A DNA stretch of 64,000 nt from positions 124,001-188,000 of the forward strand of contig NW_026865550.1 in assembly GCF_026571515.1 (NCBI RefSeq), written 5' to 3'. The position numbers and the translations under genes are program-made. Source of the stretch: Ruditapes philippinarum. Taxonomy: Eukaryota. Below are positions 1 to 12,802 of this stretch, one piece after another. Each line of letters opens with the position of its first letter. Position 1 is the first letter of the stretch. Below the pieces are notes generated by a model. It had not been told where the DNA came from and did not search any database. It saw nothing but the letters and a program-made list of their open reading frames with translations.

Positions 1-475
1 AAGGGTAAGAGATGGTGTTCAGGAAGTGGACTCAAAAGTGATTTATATACATGTATGTTGTAAGAATTTATTTCGCAATGGAGTGTAAATAAAAATCAAA
101 CCACACATTCTTTCTTAACACTTAAACAGGCACAACAAGGCACCATGGTATAACCATTGACCTTTTCTTCAACTATATTGTTAGTGTATGCACAGACAGT
201 ATAACAGTATGCACACATACAGCAGTGAGCGGCAATCATTAACATTAATAGCTTAGACCTTATAATCATGACTACAGCTTGACAGAGCACTAATATAGGC
301 AATATGTATTCATTCATTTAGTTTATCAGCAATGGTAAAGACCTGAAAACAAAAAAATGGTCAAGTATGGTAGACACTAATCAATGAGTCACATAGCCAT
401 CTTCAAACTTGTGTAATTCGTAACACATAGTTTTTATGTCAAACATTAGATAATTATTCATGAACATGTATATAC

Positions 476-554
476 CTCTCTCTAAAAGAAGTTCTACAGC
501 TTCCGCATGCCCTTTCCACGCTGCTGAATGCAATGGCGTATCTCCAAGCTTGTT
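476..554 (-). CDS. OSTF1: OSTF1 exon 6 (NKLGDTPLHSAAWKGHAEAVELLLER-G), ankyrin repeat 3; remaining exons lie left of the window
   Basis: NKLGDT.LH.AAWKG motif; tttcag/gtatat; 79 nt. Confidence 0.95.
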
Positions 555-572
555 CTGAAATATCACAAAATT

Positions 573-1017
573 TGTATGTGTACTGCAAAATCATTATTAT
601 TTGTAGGGCACTAAATTTCTCTGGATAGGTCAATCAAAGAATTAGACCCAACAAAATTTCATTTTGTGTGTTGTAAGATTATTTTGCATTATGTTATATT
701 TGCATTTTTTTCTCTTACACAAAAAGGCAATCCACAAATTTAAGAATCCACGAAAATGTCCTCTGCAACAAGATCATGAAATTTCATGCCCAATAATGTA
801 TGTGTACTGTAAAATCATTATTATTTGTAGGGCACTAAATTTCTCTGGATAGGTCAATCAAAGAATTAGACCCAACAAAATTTCATTTTGTGTGTTGTAA
901 GATTATTTTGCATTATGTTATATTTGCATTTTTTTCTCTTACACAAAAAGGCAATCCACAAATTTAAGAATCCACGAAAATGTCCTCTGCAACAAGATCA
1001 TGAAATTTCATGCCCAA
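573..1017. repeat. Near-perfect 224-bp tandem duplication
   Basis: 573-793 repeated at 797-1017. Confidence 0.9.
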
Positions 1018-1289
1018 GAATTTGATAAATACTGTGACAGTATATGCATAAAGGTAATCGCAGATGTACTAAACAGATGGTTTCCATTTTTTTTTCATTT
1101 CAAATCTAACGGTTAACCCTTCACCTGATTAGCCAACCAGCATAGAGACAGGAGATTAAATTGTGCATCCATTTCTGTTGCAAATGGTAGCACAAGTTTC
1201 GTATTATGATATTGAAATCCCTCCGACTTTGAATGGGCTGTTCAAAATTCAAAGCAAGGAAAATCCATTTCACAAATTCAGCAGTTTAA

Positions 1290-1645
1290 AGGAACTCCAC
1301 TGAGGTATAAAAGCCAAAAAAAACAAAAAATTAGAATTTTTACATAGATCAGCTTGGACACTTAAATCAGTTCAAAGATTAGCAAAAGATCTTAAGAAAT
1401 ATACTCAAAAATAAACTGAAAATCGTATTTTTGCCCCATTCTAAGCCCAATTTGAGTAAAAAGCTTTGCCATGCTTTTTAATTTATTTTTTTTCATAATT
1501 AGAATAATCATTCTGGAAAAAAAGGTGAGCGAATGATCTGACATTTTACATACAAGTTATTGGTGTAGACCTACATCAAATAGAAAATTAATCTCGAAAT
1601 ATTATTTCCTGTCCCCTTATGTACAGAAACCTCAATGGAGTCCCT
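1290..1645. mobile_element. Kolobok-type MITE family A (AGGAACTCCACTGAGG TIR, TTAA flanks)
   Basis: TTAA-AGG...CCT-TTAA; related copies at 22380, 36305, 55410 and 59157. Confidence 0.8.
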
Positions 1646-1765
1646 TTAAGGGTTAAAAGTAATACTTGACATGATGAAACAATAGAAAGACATGTTAGAG
1701 CTCCTCTTTGATCAGTAAATGATTATTAAGTGGTTTAATTGTTTAACAAAGTTCCTTTTTTCTTC

Positions 1766-1932
1766 TTTGTTTGAGTTTTACACCAACACAGTATAGGTTA
1801 TATGGCCTTTTTCCAGCTTAACAGTTAAGTGGCAGAGGAAAACCTTAGGTGCCCTTCTGTACATTATTTCTGGCACAAAGAGGCACCTGAGTATAACTGC
1901 CAACGTTTCGTAAGTGAGCTGATAACTTCCTC
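1766..1932 (-). mobile_element. Same SINE family, 3' part
   Basis: Reverse complement of the 15410 body (ggcacctgagta, gtgcccttctgtacattatttc). Confidence 0.75.
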
Positions 1933-2003
1933 TAAGTTCCTGTCATAATATTACTCTCTTAATTATTATCTACCCATACTCCGGAGTCCCCAACCGAAAA
2001 AAC

Positions 2004-2340
2004 TCACTGACACTTTGGGTGTGGACCTCAAAATGCCTTCAAAATCCAAATAAAATATATATTTGTCAATCACATCACATGTACTGATCATATATATAAA
2101 AAAAACTTAATATAAGCCCTTTTGAAAAAATTTCATATTTTAACGTCTATAATAATACACGACGTTGAAACATGAAATTTTTTCAAAACGGCTTATATTA
2201 AGTTTTTTTGATACATATGATCAATACTTGTGCTGGGATTGACAAATATACATTTTATTTGGATTTTAACACAGATATAACATACATTTAACTCCATGAT
2301 TTTAAAGACGTATTGAGGTCCATACCCAAAGTGTCTGTGA
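2004..2340. repeat. Long imperfect palindrome (foldback), ~145-bp left arm, 13-nt loop at 2148-2160
   Basis: For example cttaatataagcccttttgaaaaaatttcat / atgaaattttttcaaaacggcttatattaag. Confidence 0.85.
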
Positions 2341-2525
2341 AAAAAACTCACAAAAAAAACAACAAAAGAATACAATTCAATGAACTAAAAGGGGGAGGTA
2401 GTGACCAATCCAGGTGCCAAACACCAGTGGTTTAAAAGATTATTCATCATCAACTGTTTCATACGGCCTTATTAGATATAAAATCAGTATGCTATTTTAA
2501 TTTATGAACTAAATTTGTAACTTAC

Positions 2526-2645
2526 CTGTACAGAAACTTGTACATTAGGTTTATTTAACAAAGTACGTAAACATTCAATATGGCCACCATGAGCTGCCCA
2601 GTGTAGTGGTGTTGAACCTGCCTTATCAAGGGAGTTAACTGATAC
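2526..2645 (-). CDS. OSTF1: OSTF1 exon 5 (VSVNSLDKAGSTPLHWAAHGGHIECLRTLLNKPNVQVSVQ), ankyrin repeat 2
   Basis: LDKAGST..W..HGGH motif; ttctag/gtaag; 120 nt. Confidence 0.95.
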
Positions 2646-3685
2646 CTAGAAAATAATTAAAGATCCTGTAAAACAATTTTTTTAATGGTTTTATATCATA
2701 AATAATTATGATGCTCAAAGTAAGATTTATCAATTTTGTAAGTTCCAATAAGCATTTTTTTATAAAGATATTACCGAATTTAACATTTCATGTAAATAAA
2801 GGGTGGTAATAAAAAATTTATTTTCTATAAAGTCTTGACTCAATTTTTTTCAATAAGAAATGAATGCATATATTTTAATGATTACATATAATATGTACAA
2901 ATATTTGCAGTACATAATTTAAATATTCTTCTATGTTTGAAAATTGTTTTTTTATAAGCATAACTATATACATATATATAATTTCACTTAAGTGTGGTAT
3001 ACAACCTCAATTACAATATACAGGATCTTTAATACATTAAAGGGAGGTAATTAATGCATTTTTTGAAATGACAATATAGCCTGTCAGAATTAATTATGAG
3101 TCATTATAATAATTTATGACATTGATGTATTGACATACAGTCATGTGAGGTCATTGACATGATATTTTACATGTACATACATGTACAAAACAGATGTATA
3201 ATTTCTCCCTATTACAACAGTTGTTACAACAATAACTAATGGACGGTTTTTTGTTTTATCACTAAGCCTGGTCAATTTATTCTGCATTTTCAAAATCAAA
3301 ATATCCTTACACCATTAAAAAAACAATTAAAAGCTCATACCTTTTAAAGATAATAATACAAAATATTCTTAATAACTTTAGACAACTTAAAGTAATTATT
3401 TTATAATCAATAACATGAAAACGGTAAACAAAATTCAGATGGGGGCATTTCTAACATAGAATTGTAAATACTTTCAATTGTAATTAATGAAAATTTCATT
3501 CAAATCTAAATTTTAACTTTTAAGACACAATTTTGACAGGACATTTCAAAATTCTTTGTTTCTGCAGTTATAAGGTATATAAAATTTCATTGAAATATAT
3601 AAAGACAATATTTTTTTTATGATCGCATTTTAGCATTTAAACTATTAATTTTATCTGTATGTATAACAAATATAAAAAGATTATG

Positions 3686-3997
3686 TACAGTCAAACCTTT
3701 ACAGAGCAACCCCCTTTAGGATACAATGTCTTTGGTTGCTGTACAAAGGTGTTGCTTTAAGAGAGGTTAAATTGATTGTGAAGTATTAGTTGTGCATAAA
3801 ACTGTAGTCTCAATATATTGACTTTAAGACTGACCGACTTTACAAACTGATATTACATAGATGTCGGTATTTGAGAAGGGCGACCATCGTCTATATAATA
3901 AAGAGTGCTGGTGCACAATTTGTTGAGCTTGGGAAAACTGGTTATTGTGAGGAAGTGTGTATTCTATAGTGGGTCACTCTGCACAAGTTTTACTGTA
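3686..3997. mobile_element. Tc1/mariner-pogo-like MITE (TA-CAGT...ACTG-TA)
   Basis: tacagtcaaacctttacagag / ctctgcacaagttttactgta imperfect TIRs. Confidence 0.65.
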
Positions 3998-4802
3998 TTG
4001 TGAAATTTTATATAAGCTGGGACATGTATCTATCAACACAAGGTATTACAACTTCCTGAACAAATATGTTAATGATATGGTATTATAATAAGGATAATAT
4101 CAACTTTAAAGTGAAAACAATCTGTCTACAAAGAAATTAATAGATTCAAATTACAATTGAATTCAACTTTCATTTATTTTTTTCTTCTATTTATGCTTTA
4201 CAATATCATGCATAACATTAAATTAAAGATGCAACACAATAAACAAGTACTGAAACAGGAAAATAAATTGATTTTAGTCATTTTTTTTTCTTCACATAAT
4301 ACTGGAATTACCAGGACATCAAAGATGACCTTTAGAGTCTAAATCATAGTTTCAGACTATAATTGTCAAAACTTTTGACAAAAGAAAAAAATAATTTCAG
4401 TTTACTGTCAAAAGTGATTAAGTCAATAATTTTTTTCTTCTTCACAGAATTGTTTTTGTTTGTTTTTGTGTTAAGCACGCAAAAGTTATTAATTACTAAG
4501 ATATAAACCAAACTTTTTAAAGTGACATTATGCCCATCCAAGTGTAAATGGTTGATGTACAAGTTAAAGTCAAAATAACTTTAGACTTTGCCATAATTGT
4601 TTTCAATTCAATAGTCAATTTCGTGTGTATTATCAATAGTGACTCGGAAAATTTTTCAATAAACATCCTTTACAAAGTATCGTTAACATTGGATTGATAA
4701 AAAGAAAGGGACAGTGTTTTAACATACTAGGCACTTGTAATATTTTATTTCTAAACATTTTTGTTATAAATTATTTGTCAAAAAAACCACAATAATAGTA
4801 TT

Positions 4803-5006
4803 TGAGTCGAGTCAAGACAAAACCAACAAAATGTACTTCCGCGCAGTCTGATCAGGATCCATGCTGTTCACTTACAGACCCTATAACAAGTAAAGAAACT
4901 GATAGCGAACAGCATGGATCCTGATCAGACTGCGCGGATGCGCAGGCTGGTCTGGATCCATGCTGGTCACAAATCTTTTATGTTGGTTTTGTCATGACGC
5001 AGCTCA
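4803..5006. mobile_element. Palindromic MITE (GACAAAACCAACA...TGTTGGTTTTGTC)
   Basis: Long internal inverted repeat gcgcagtctgatcaggatccatgctgttc; a second copy begins at ~63922. Confidence 0.75.
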
Positions 5007-5606
5007 TTTTGTTTACACACAGTTTGTTCAAATTGATGTGACAAAAGTATGAACTGAAAGGATTAACAAGGGCATATCTATAAACCCCACCCCCAAGCCC
5101 CTAACCAAATGATTTGGGGGTATTAAAGTATTAAAGGTAGGCCTGAGACTAGATGTGCGTACATACATGTAAATAGTTATAAATGAATAATTGTTAAATA
5201 CAGTTTGAGGAAAATAAACAAATAAAGTTTTCAAATTTATGACATCTCTTAAGACAAATATGTTGGCAAAAGACAAATAAATTAAATATTAGCTATTTCT
5301 GTTTTCAGCTTTTCTACAGGTTAAATGTGTTATTTTTAGATAAACCATTTCATATCATTGTCAAATCAAAATAATTAAGATGGAAAATGAAATTTGCCGT
5401 TGATGAAATACATAAACAATATGGAAACCCCTTGATACAGATACCTCTAATCTAACAGTCCGCTCTCTATATGTACATAAGTTATGATGATGATTTGTTT
5501 CATAATCTTCTATTTTTAGAAACGATCATCACAAGAGTCTATTAATAGCTATCGGGAAGCCGTTTTTAAGAAGGCCTCACAGTGATATGATGCACTTTTC
5601 CAAGAT

Positions 5607-6208
5607 ACTGTAAATCCGGTACTTTTTCGCGATGTTTTAATTTCGCTATTATTTTTCCAATTCCTTATTCCTCATGAATACATGTATATCAAGCACAAAA
5701 TGCTAACATTATTTTGCGACAATATCTACAAATTTTGCCTTTTACAGACAAATGTGAACACCTATTGATTAGATAACAATAGATTTACGGTAAAACAGTG
5801 ATCAACTGACAATTTACGAATTGTAGATGAAGTATTATAAACACGTATATTACACCTTCTTACAAACTTTAACGTTTTATCAAATATGCGTTTTGCAAAC
5901 AATAACCAAATTAAACGAAAGATAAGCAAACCCGTTCATAACAAGTCAATTACATGTTTGTAGGTATATTTTGTATACAAAATAAATAAATAACTGTCTC
6001 TTATTTACACTATTAACATTTACCCTGAATAAGTGCGGCACAATATGGAAATTAAAGTAAACCTACCCTGTTATATTGTAGCAATAAAATTCAAACAATC
6101 GCAAATATAAATTTCTGACCCTGCCATCGCGAATTTATGAATACGCGAAATAATCTGGGGATGGGGTTTTTGCGAAACAAAGATCATGCGAATATAAAGT
6201 GATTTACA
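5607..6208. mobile_element. Probable MITE (TACTGTAAATC...GATTTACA termini)
   Basis: Imperfect inverted ends with internal TTCGC/GCGAA sub-repeats. Confidence 0.5.
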
Positions 6209-6292
6209 ACAACACAGAATTGTTTTTTCCAACAGAAAAATAAAAGCTGTAGGCTGCGTTTAAAAGCATGTCATAAGTGTTGCAAAACTTAC

Positions 6293-6384
6293 ACTATTAT
6301 CTAAGCATTCATTCAAGAATGTGATATTTCCACGTTTAGCTGCCTCGTGTAGTGGACAATCAATGGTCTCTGTGTTTTCTTCAA
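6293..6384 (-). CDS. OSTF1: OSTF1 exon 4 ([31 protein letters not shown]), ankyrin repeat 1
   Basis: [10 protein letters not shown] as in OSTF1; ttcag/gtaag; 92 nt, phase 1 to 0. Confidence 0.95.
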
Positions 6385-6448
6385 CTGAAAAATATCAAGA
6401 CACTTCAGTGATTTTTTTCCCCTATAATTTTTTCTCCTTGTCCTAATA

Positions 6449-6590
6449 GGTATATTTTCCCCTAAATATGTATATTTTCCCCCTAAAAATGTAAATTTTC
6501 CCCTAAATATGTATAATTTCCCCTAAATAGGTATATTTCCCCTAAATATGTGTATTTTCCCCTAAATATGTATATTTTCACCTAAAAATG
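6449..6590. repeat. ~20-bp minisatellite (TATATTTTCCCCTAAATATG), about 7 copies
   Basis: Read directly. Confidence 0.85.
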
Positions 6591-7197
6591 TTATAAAAAT
6601 GCACATTCTTCACTAGAACCATGACTTAACAGCAACTGACTTACATCAGCTAGTTGATGAATTGAATTCACTGAAAGACAAAAAGCTGTAACTACCGTAT
6701 AGATAGCCTCTGCTATGTACCATGCATGTTAAATAAAATTGAAATTGAACATTTTATAAAATGTGTGGCTAAATTCCATTCTCAGTTGTTGGAATTTGAT
6801 TTCAGGTTTTCCCCCCATTTCTGATTCATCATGCTTTATTTTCCCCTTCAGAAAGCCATGGGTTGTTTTGAAAATTGAAAAAAAAACTGACAAACCACTG
6901 CACTTTGTTTCACGCTTATTAACTTTTTAACCTGTTGGCCTCAATCCAACTAATTGTACTTACATGTATATTATGATACGATGATGATATATTGTGCCAT
7001 TTTTGTAACAGTATGGGTAATAATTTTATGTCCCCTCTAGAAGCAAGATTCTGGCCAAGAACAAACATATCTCAGAATCTAGCTTTGACACATCAATATA
7101 TTTTGACTACTATTGGCCTGTGCTGCACTCTCGGGTAAAATTTGAAATTAGTCTGCGCTCATGAATAAAAGTTGATTTTGAGTGTTCTACTGTTTAA

Positions 7198-7559
7198 AGC
7201 AGCACGCCTCCAGATTAATGCTAATTTTCATGAAAATTTTGAAAATGTATTTGAATGTGTAATATTGTGAAGTAACCAAAAGGACACAAATTAAACTATA
7301 TCAATGGCACTTACAAACCACGTAAATTACCAAAAAGTGGTCAAAATATACATAAATAACCTTTACTGCGTTAGTAACGTAGTAGAAATATAGTTGTAAA
7401 TACCGATACTGTGAATACTAATTAATCAGTCATTAATCGCACATAATATGTAAAATATTACTTGAATCTTGAAACTTTTTACTTTTCCTTACATCTTAGT
7501 ACAATTTTCTCAAGTTTGATTTTATTGAAATATTTTGACTCATCTGGAGGCATGTAACT
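7198..7559. mobile_element. Kolobok-type MITE family B (AGCAGCATGCCTCCAGAT TIR, TTAA flanks)
   Basis: TIRs and TTAA flanks; related copies at 17494, ~21850-21975, 38200 and 49225. Confidence 0.75.
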
Positions 7560-8163
7560 TTAACTCTGCTTGTAAAAAGAGGCCAGGTATTGCACTCTTT
7601 ACATTAGGGTTTCCTGCATCAATGTTTTTGTAATAAAAATATTAATGTTTCAGAAAGTTACGATCAATTTTATTAACTAATTATAAAAGAAACATGCTTT
7701 TCTTGTTGATAAAAAAGCGACTGATTGATCAGAAACCACTGTACAAAGAAATCAGCTAAATAAAGTACTTTTGGGGCCATCCAAGTTTGATGGTCGTCTG
7801 GTTTTGGTGGTCCCCAACCAGTATATGTCAATATAGAATTGAATAACATAAAAAAAACATACAAAAACAGATGCAATATGTACATGTATGAATTGATATA
7901 AAATAGCTATGTTACATGTACAATGTTATATAATATCAAAGATTACACAAACAAAACAAAAGACTTAAACCAATCACTTATATCCAAAGTGGTCCTTAAG
8001 ATAAAGATATAGTATTGTGTGGCATTGAAAGATATTGATTAAAAATCACAATTTCAAATATACCACAGAAAACCAAATAAATTTATATCTATTTTATTGG
8101 TCTAAATATAATCGCTTTAGGGAAGATAACTTATTATTATCTTTAACAAAACCCTACACATAC

Positions 8164-8278
8164 CATAATTACTGGGAATAAGGCCCGATCTTTTTCCACA
8201 ACGAGCTCGCCACCAGTCCTTATTAGACATGTCTGTTATATAGAGTAACTCTCCTTCTTCAAATGATAACTCGTCATT
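8164..8278 (-). CDS. OSTF1: OSTF1 exon 3 ([38 protein letters not shown]), SH3 core
   Basis: SH3 motifs ELSF, WW and GLIPSNY; AG/GT boundaries; 115 nt. Confidence 0.95.
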
Positions 8279-9119
8279 CTATAACAGTTTCAAATATAGC
8301 ATAATAATTTAGTAAATTTACCCAATGTTAATCTATAATATATAAAACAAGAGCTGTTTATAAGACAGCATGCTTGACTAGTGCCAGTACATGCATTGAA
8401 GTGGACATGATGGTCACTACCATGCATTTAAAGTTTAAAAGCAATACCTCAAAGTTATTGGGAAATTCAGCGGTGTTTTTTTAAAAGTTGGGGAAAATTG
8501 CATGACTGAAATTTTGCAGTGATTTAATGGATGTAAACACTTACTGTCTAAGATGGCATCTTCAAACATTTAAGCATTATTACAGTGAAGAAGCCCTTAT
8601 TTGCAAAGATTTTAGAATTTTTATTCAACATTTTTATTTTGTAACTTTCAATTGGGATTTTTTCCTGTGGATTGGGAAAATAATATACTATTTTCAATTG
8701 GGAATATGACCCAATAACAGCTATAAAATAAGCCAAAAAAAATCCCTGATTATTTTGTCATTATCCTTGGAGTTATCTCCATTTACCTGGAAGTGGGGAT
8801 TGTGGTCACTAACGAGTATACAAAGTTTCAAAGCAATAACTCAAAAGGTGTAGGAAATAAGTGGGGTAGTTTGAAGAAAACTTAATCAAAAGTGAGATGC
8901 TGTCAACCATATCTGGGTGAGAAGGATAGGTCTTCCTATTATATAAATTATAATACATATATACATAAATATAAAAGTTGTAATAATATTGTGAAAGTGA
9001 TGTTTTCTTATTGATTAAACTACTATTAATCTGTTTATTCATGAATATATGGAAGATGAAAATAAGAATTTGATTTCATCATTATTTCTCAGTATTTAAT
9101 ATCAACAATGTTGATTTAC

Positions 9120-9166
9120 CTGTTGTGCGTCATATTTGTATGAAGCTCTGACTACTTTCACATGAC
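9120..9166 (-). CDS. OSTF1: OSTF1 exon 2 (GHVKVVRASYKYDAQQ), start of SH3
   Basis: ttccag acceptor, gtaaat donor; 47 nt, phase 1 to 0; resembles QVKVFRALY of vertebrate OSTF1. Confidence 0.88.
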
Positions 9167-9328
9167 CTGGAAGTAAAAGAAATATAGATCTACAATAACG
9201 CACTTTGTATTTTTGGTATTCTTAATTCTAAATTAAAATTATCCCAAATATTTAGAAAGTGGCTATAACAGCATGTACATAGCTATACAGTATAGGTAAT
9301 GACTAGCCCAACAAATTGTGCACTTTAA

Positions 9329-10737
9329 ACAAGAACTGTCGAAGGACAGTAAGGCTCGACTATTCGAAAAAGTTGTCACAAGGGTGTTTTATTGAGTATA
9401 ATAATGCTTACCTATAAATACATAAAATTGACAGAAAAGGTACAAAGGCTTGTTATTAAGATGTTTTATCAAGTAAATCACTGCTTTACTTCAGTAGTTA
9501 TGAAGATAACAGCTTACAAGCAAAACTTTACCATGAATTTCCAAGTTGAAAAAGGGGAGAAAAATCAGCCTAAATGCAAGATAGAATTATGGATCTTGGT
9601 CAGTGACCTACAATTATGACCCTAAATGCATATGTGAAGTTTTAAATAAATATCTTTAATAGTTATTCAGATATGTAATACTTGCATTTAAACATTAACC
9701 AAGAGACTAAGTAGAAAAGGGGAGATAAATCAGCCTAAATGCAAGATAGAGTTATGGAACTTGGTCAGTGACATACAAATTATGACCCTTCATGTATATG
9801 TGAAGTTTCAATTCAAAATCTCAGATAGTTATTGAGATATGTACATGTATAACATTAACCAAGAGACTAAGTAAAAAAAGGGGAGATATATCAGCCTAAA
9901 TACATGACACAGATATGAGTGCTGTTCAGTGATCATTATCTATGACCACAAATATACATATAAAGTTTCAAGTTTGTATCTTTAATAGTTTCAGAGATAT
10001 GCAAAACTTGCATGTTAAACTTAACCAAGAAAAGGAGATTTTTTTAGTACAAAAGGGAGCATAATTCAGTCAAAGTACATGGCAGAGTAATGAATCTTGA
10101 GATATGACCTTCAATTATGACCCTAAGTACATGTGTAAAGTTTCAAGTAAATACCTTTGAAGACCTTTAACCAAAATTTCTAAGTTTCAAAGGGGAAAAT
10201 AATTTTGCAAATATTGCAGGCAGAGTTATGCAACTTTGCAAACTGATGTACATTGTTACTATAAAAAAGTATTGTAAATTTCAATTGAATATCTCAAGCA
10301 ATAATTGAGATATTTGACTTTACAAAAAACTTTAACCAAAATTTCTAAGTTAAAAAGGGGCATAATTCTGTAAATATTGTAGGCAGAGTTATCCAACTTG
10401 TCAATCTGATGTACATTGTTACTATAAATAAGTATTGTAAGTTTCAATTGAATATCTCAAGCAATAATTGAGATATTTGACTTTACAAAAAACTTTAACC
10501 AAAATTTCTAAGTTAAAAAGGGGCATAATTCTGTAAATATTGTAGGCAGAGTTATCCAACTTGTCAATCTGATGTACATTGTAACTATAAATAAGTATTG
10601 TAAGTTTCAATTGAATATCTCAAGCAATAATTGAGAGATATTTGACTTTACAAAAAACTTTAACCAACGCAGACGCAGACGCGGATGTCGACGCGACTAC
10701 AATAGCTCTCCATATTCTTCGAATAGTCGAGCTAAAA
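9329..10737 (-). mobile_element. Non-autonomous Helentron/HINE-type element with internal ~163-bp satellite array
   Basis: Subterminal inverted repeats GCTCGACTATTCGAA (~9355) / TTCGAATAGTCGAGC (~10718); terminal hairpin ACTGTC-GAAG-GACAGT; (GACGCA)n tract; tandem core with 163-bp period. Confidence 0.8.
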
Positions 10738-10986
10738 AGGGCTTTTTATTATAAAGGTGATGGTCGCCCTTCGATGGTCTGTAAAGACAGACATCTATGT
10801 AATATCAGACTTTAGAATCGGTCGGTCTTGCAGTCAAAATATTGAGATTAAGGTAATGACTACAGTGGACGAGTGGGTATTCCCAGGCATATAAGCTTGT
10901 CAAACATGATTTATGTGTGGCTGGAACTTTCGTCCCACACTAAACCATACAATTCAGTACCTAACGCTAGCCATTTTTCAAAATTT

Positions 10987-11604
10987 ATCTATCTATCTAT
11001 GTATACTGCCAACCCCTCTTACGAGTGTTAAAGGCAGGAATTTAGTGCACGTCGGATTGTTAGTAAAAGGTGAAAAGAAAAGCTAAAAAAGAAAAGTCCA
11101 AACATTGACATGCTTGGAAGGTGAGACTGAAAATGTATTCTAGTCATGGTTAAAATGTTAATAGTGAAACAAGATGATAAGAGATAAAATAGTTTAAAAA
11201 CACTGGGAGTAAGACTAGTACTGCAAACCCACCACTGCCTGTTTGAACTGACTCAGGTTGGGCAGGGTGGCAATGTTACTAGGAAGTTTATTCCATAGTA
11301 TAATGCTATGAGGGAAGAAAGAGTACTTATGGTAGTCGGAGGATACCTGTATTTGGCGTACGGATAAGGGGTGCATTGGTCTGGTTAATCTATGTGGGGT
11401 TTGAACATATGTTGGGAGATTAATTGCAATTAGGTTATGGTATATCTTATAAAACATTATCAGTCTACAGTCCAATCTGCGATGTTCAAGGGATCGCCAG
11501 CCCAGTTCTTCCTGCATGGCTGTGACACTAGAGTGAGGGGAGTAATCCCTTTTAACACATCTTATTGCACGTCTCTGGATCATCTCAACTTTGTCAATAT
11601 TGGT
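10987..11604 (-). mobile_element. 5'-truncated LINE (CR1/L2-group): RT C-terminal region, 3' UTR and (ATAG)n tail
   Basis: VEMIQRRAIR..SVTAM..LGW.SLE.RR..SFFP.SI..WN.LP is typical of the ORF2 C-terminus of these LINEs; short tetranucleotide tail at about 10987-11000. Confidence 0.85.
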
Positions 11605-12750
11605 TTAAATATAAAATTATCGACTATTTACGCCGCAGCCAAGTTTAAAGACTGTTTTCTCAAATTACAAATGAGTGTAATTCTTAATGATTGTCTAATA
11701 TTTTTCGGCATTTTCTAGGCACAATTTTGCTTTAGTTTCATTCTTGCAAAAACTTCCTATAAGAGTATTAAGAATTTAAGATATTGTGCCGAAATGCCAG
11801 GTACACATACGCTTTTCTTCTATCCGAAAATTGATCCCGAACATCGGCGATTTCACGTTCGCCAGAAACCCTAAAATTTCGCAAAAATTCTTGGTTTCAA
11901 AGCCAAACATGCGAATGAATTGTTTCTTTATTATTTAATCAACATTAAATCTTTAATTATCGATCTTCAATTTGCCCCCTTTTGAAGATATTTGCTAAAA
12001 TAAATGTTGATCGGATGAATCTCTTACACACTATGTGAAGCTGTACACGATTTTCCTATTCTTTCTGCTAAACGCTGCCTATATACATAAATTTACGTTT
12101 TTTTTTACAAATACAAACTTTTTGCCTTAAGAGTGGACTTATTTAACCAGAATAAAATTTGATTTGGTATAAAAGTGAAAAAAAAAAAAAAACGGGTTCC
12201 ATGTGTTGATGCATTATAATGAAATAATTTCATAATAAATATTAACAACAAAACAATAATTATACTATGTAGTTCAGAGTTTCCTTTGAATAACTATAAA
12301 CTTTGGAAGTCTCTTGAAGATTCAAAATATCAGCAATGATATTGTGAGCATTGAATGATTAATCTGTAAACATATTAATTGCGACGCGCTTTTGGACTCC
12401 CAACTTTTTCAGGGTTGGGAGTCCATGGACTCCATGTTTTAAAGTCCTAGTGAGAACCCTGATATTTAGATTTAATACTAGAAATATATATCCTTATTTT
12501 CAAGATAATCTCATATTTTTGACACTGCTTAAATTGATCTACATTCATTTCTGGTGGAAAGGAGCAACGTTGTTACCATGGTATCCGCTATACCCTAAAA
12601 TCCGCTACTGCCTAAACAACTGTACACGTTATTTCATATGAATGTTTCACCGCCAATTTCAATGAAAAAATGACAGGAACATGAGGTGACACTAAAAACA
12701 CTGACAGGAACTGTCAAAAAAATTATCTTAATAAAGTGTCGCTAATTTAC

Positions 12751-12802
12751 CTGGTTTTGGAACAGGTGGAGGTGGTCTGACAGGTCTTTGAGATCGCGAC
12801 AT
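12751..12802 (-). CDS. OSTF1: Osteoclast-stimulating factor 1, coding exon 1 (MSRSQRPVRPPPPVPKP-G)
   Basis: ATG at 12802; Pro-rich N-terminus ending PKPG as in vertebrate OSTF1; GTAAAT donor, phase 1. Confidence 0.85.

Noticed and set aside
10259-10610. Two near-identical 62-aa ORFs suggesting a tandem peptide gene
   Set aside because: They are the 163-bp satellite units inside the HINE element
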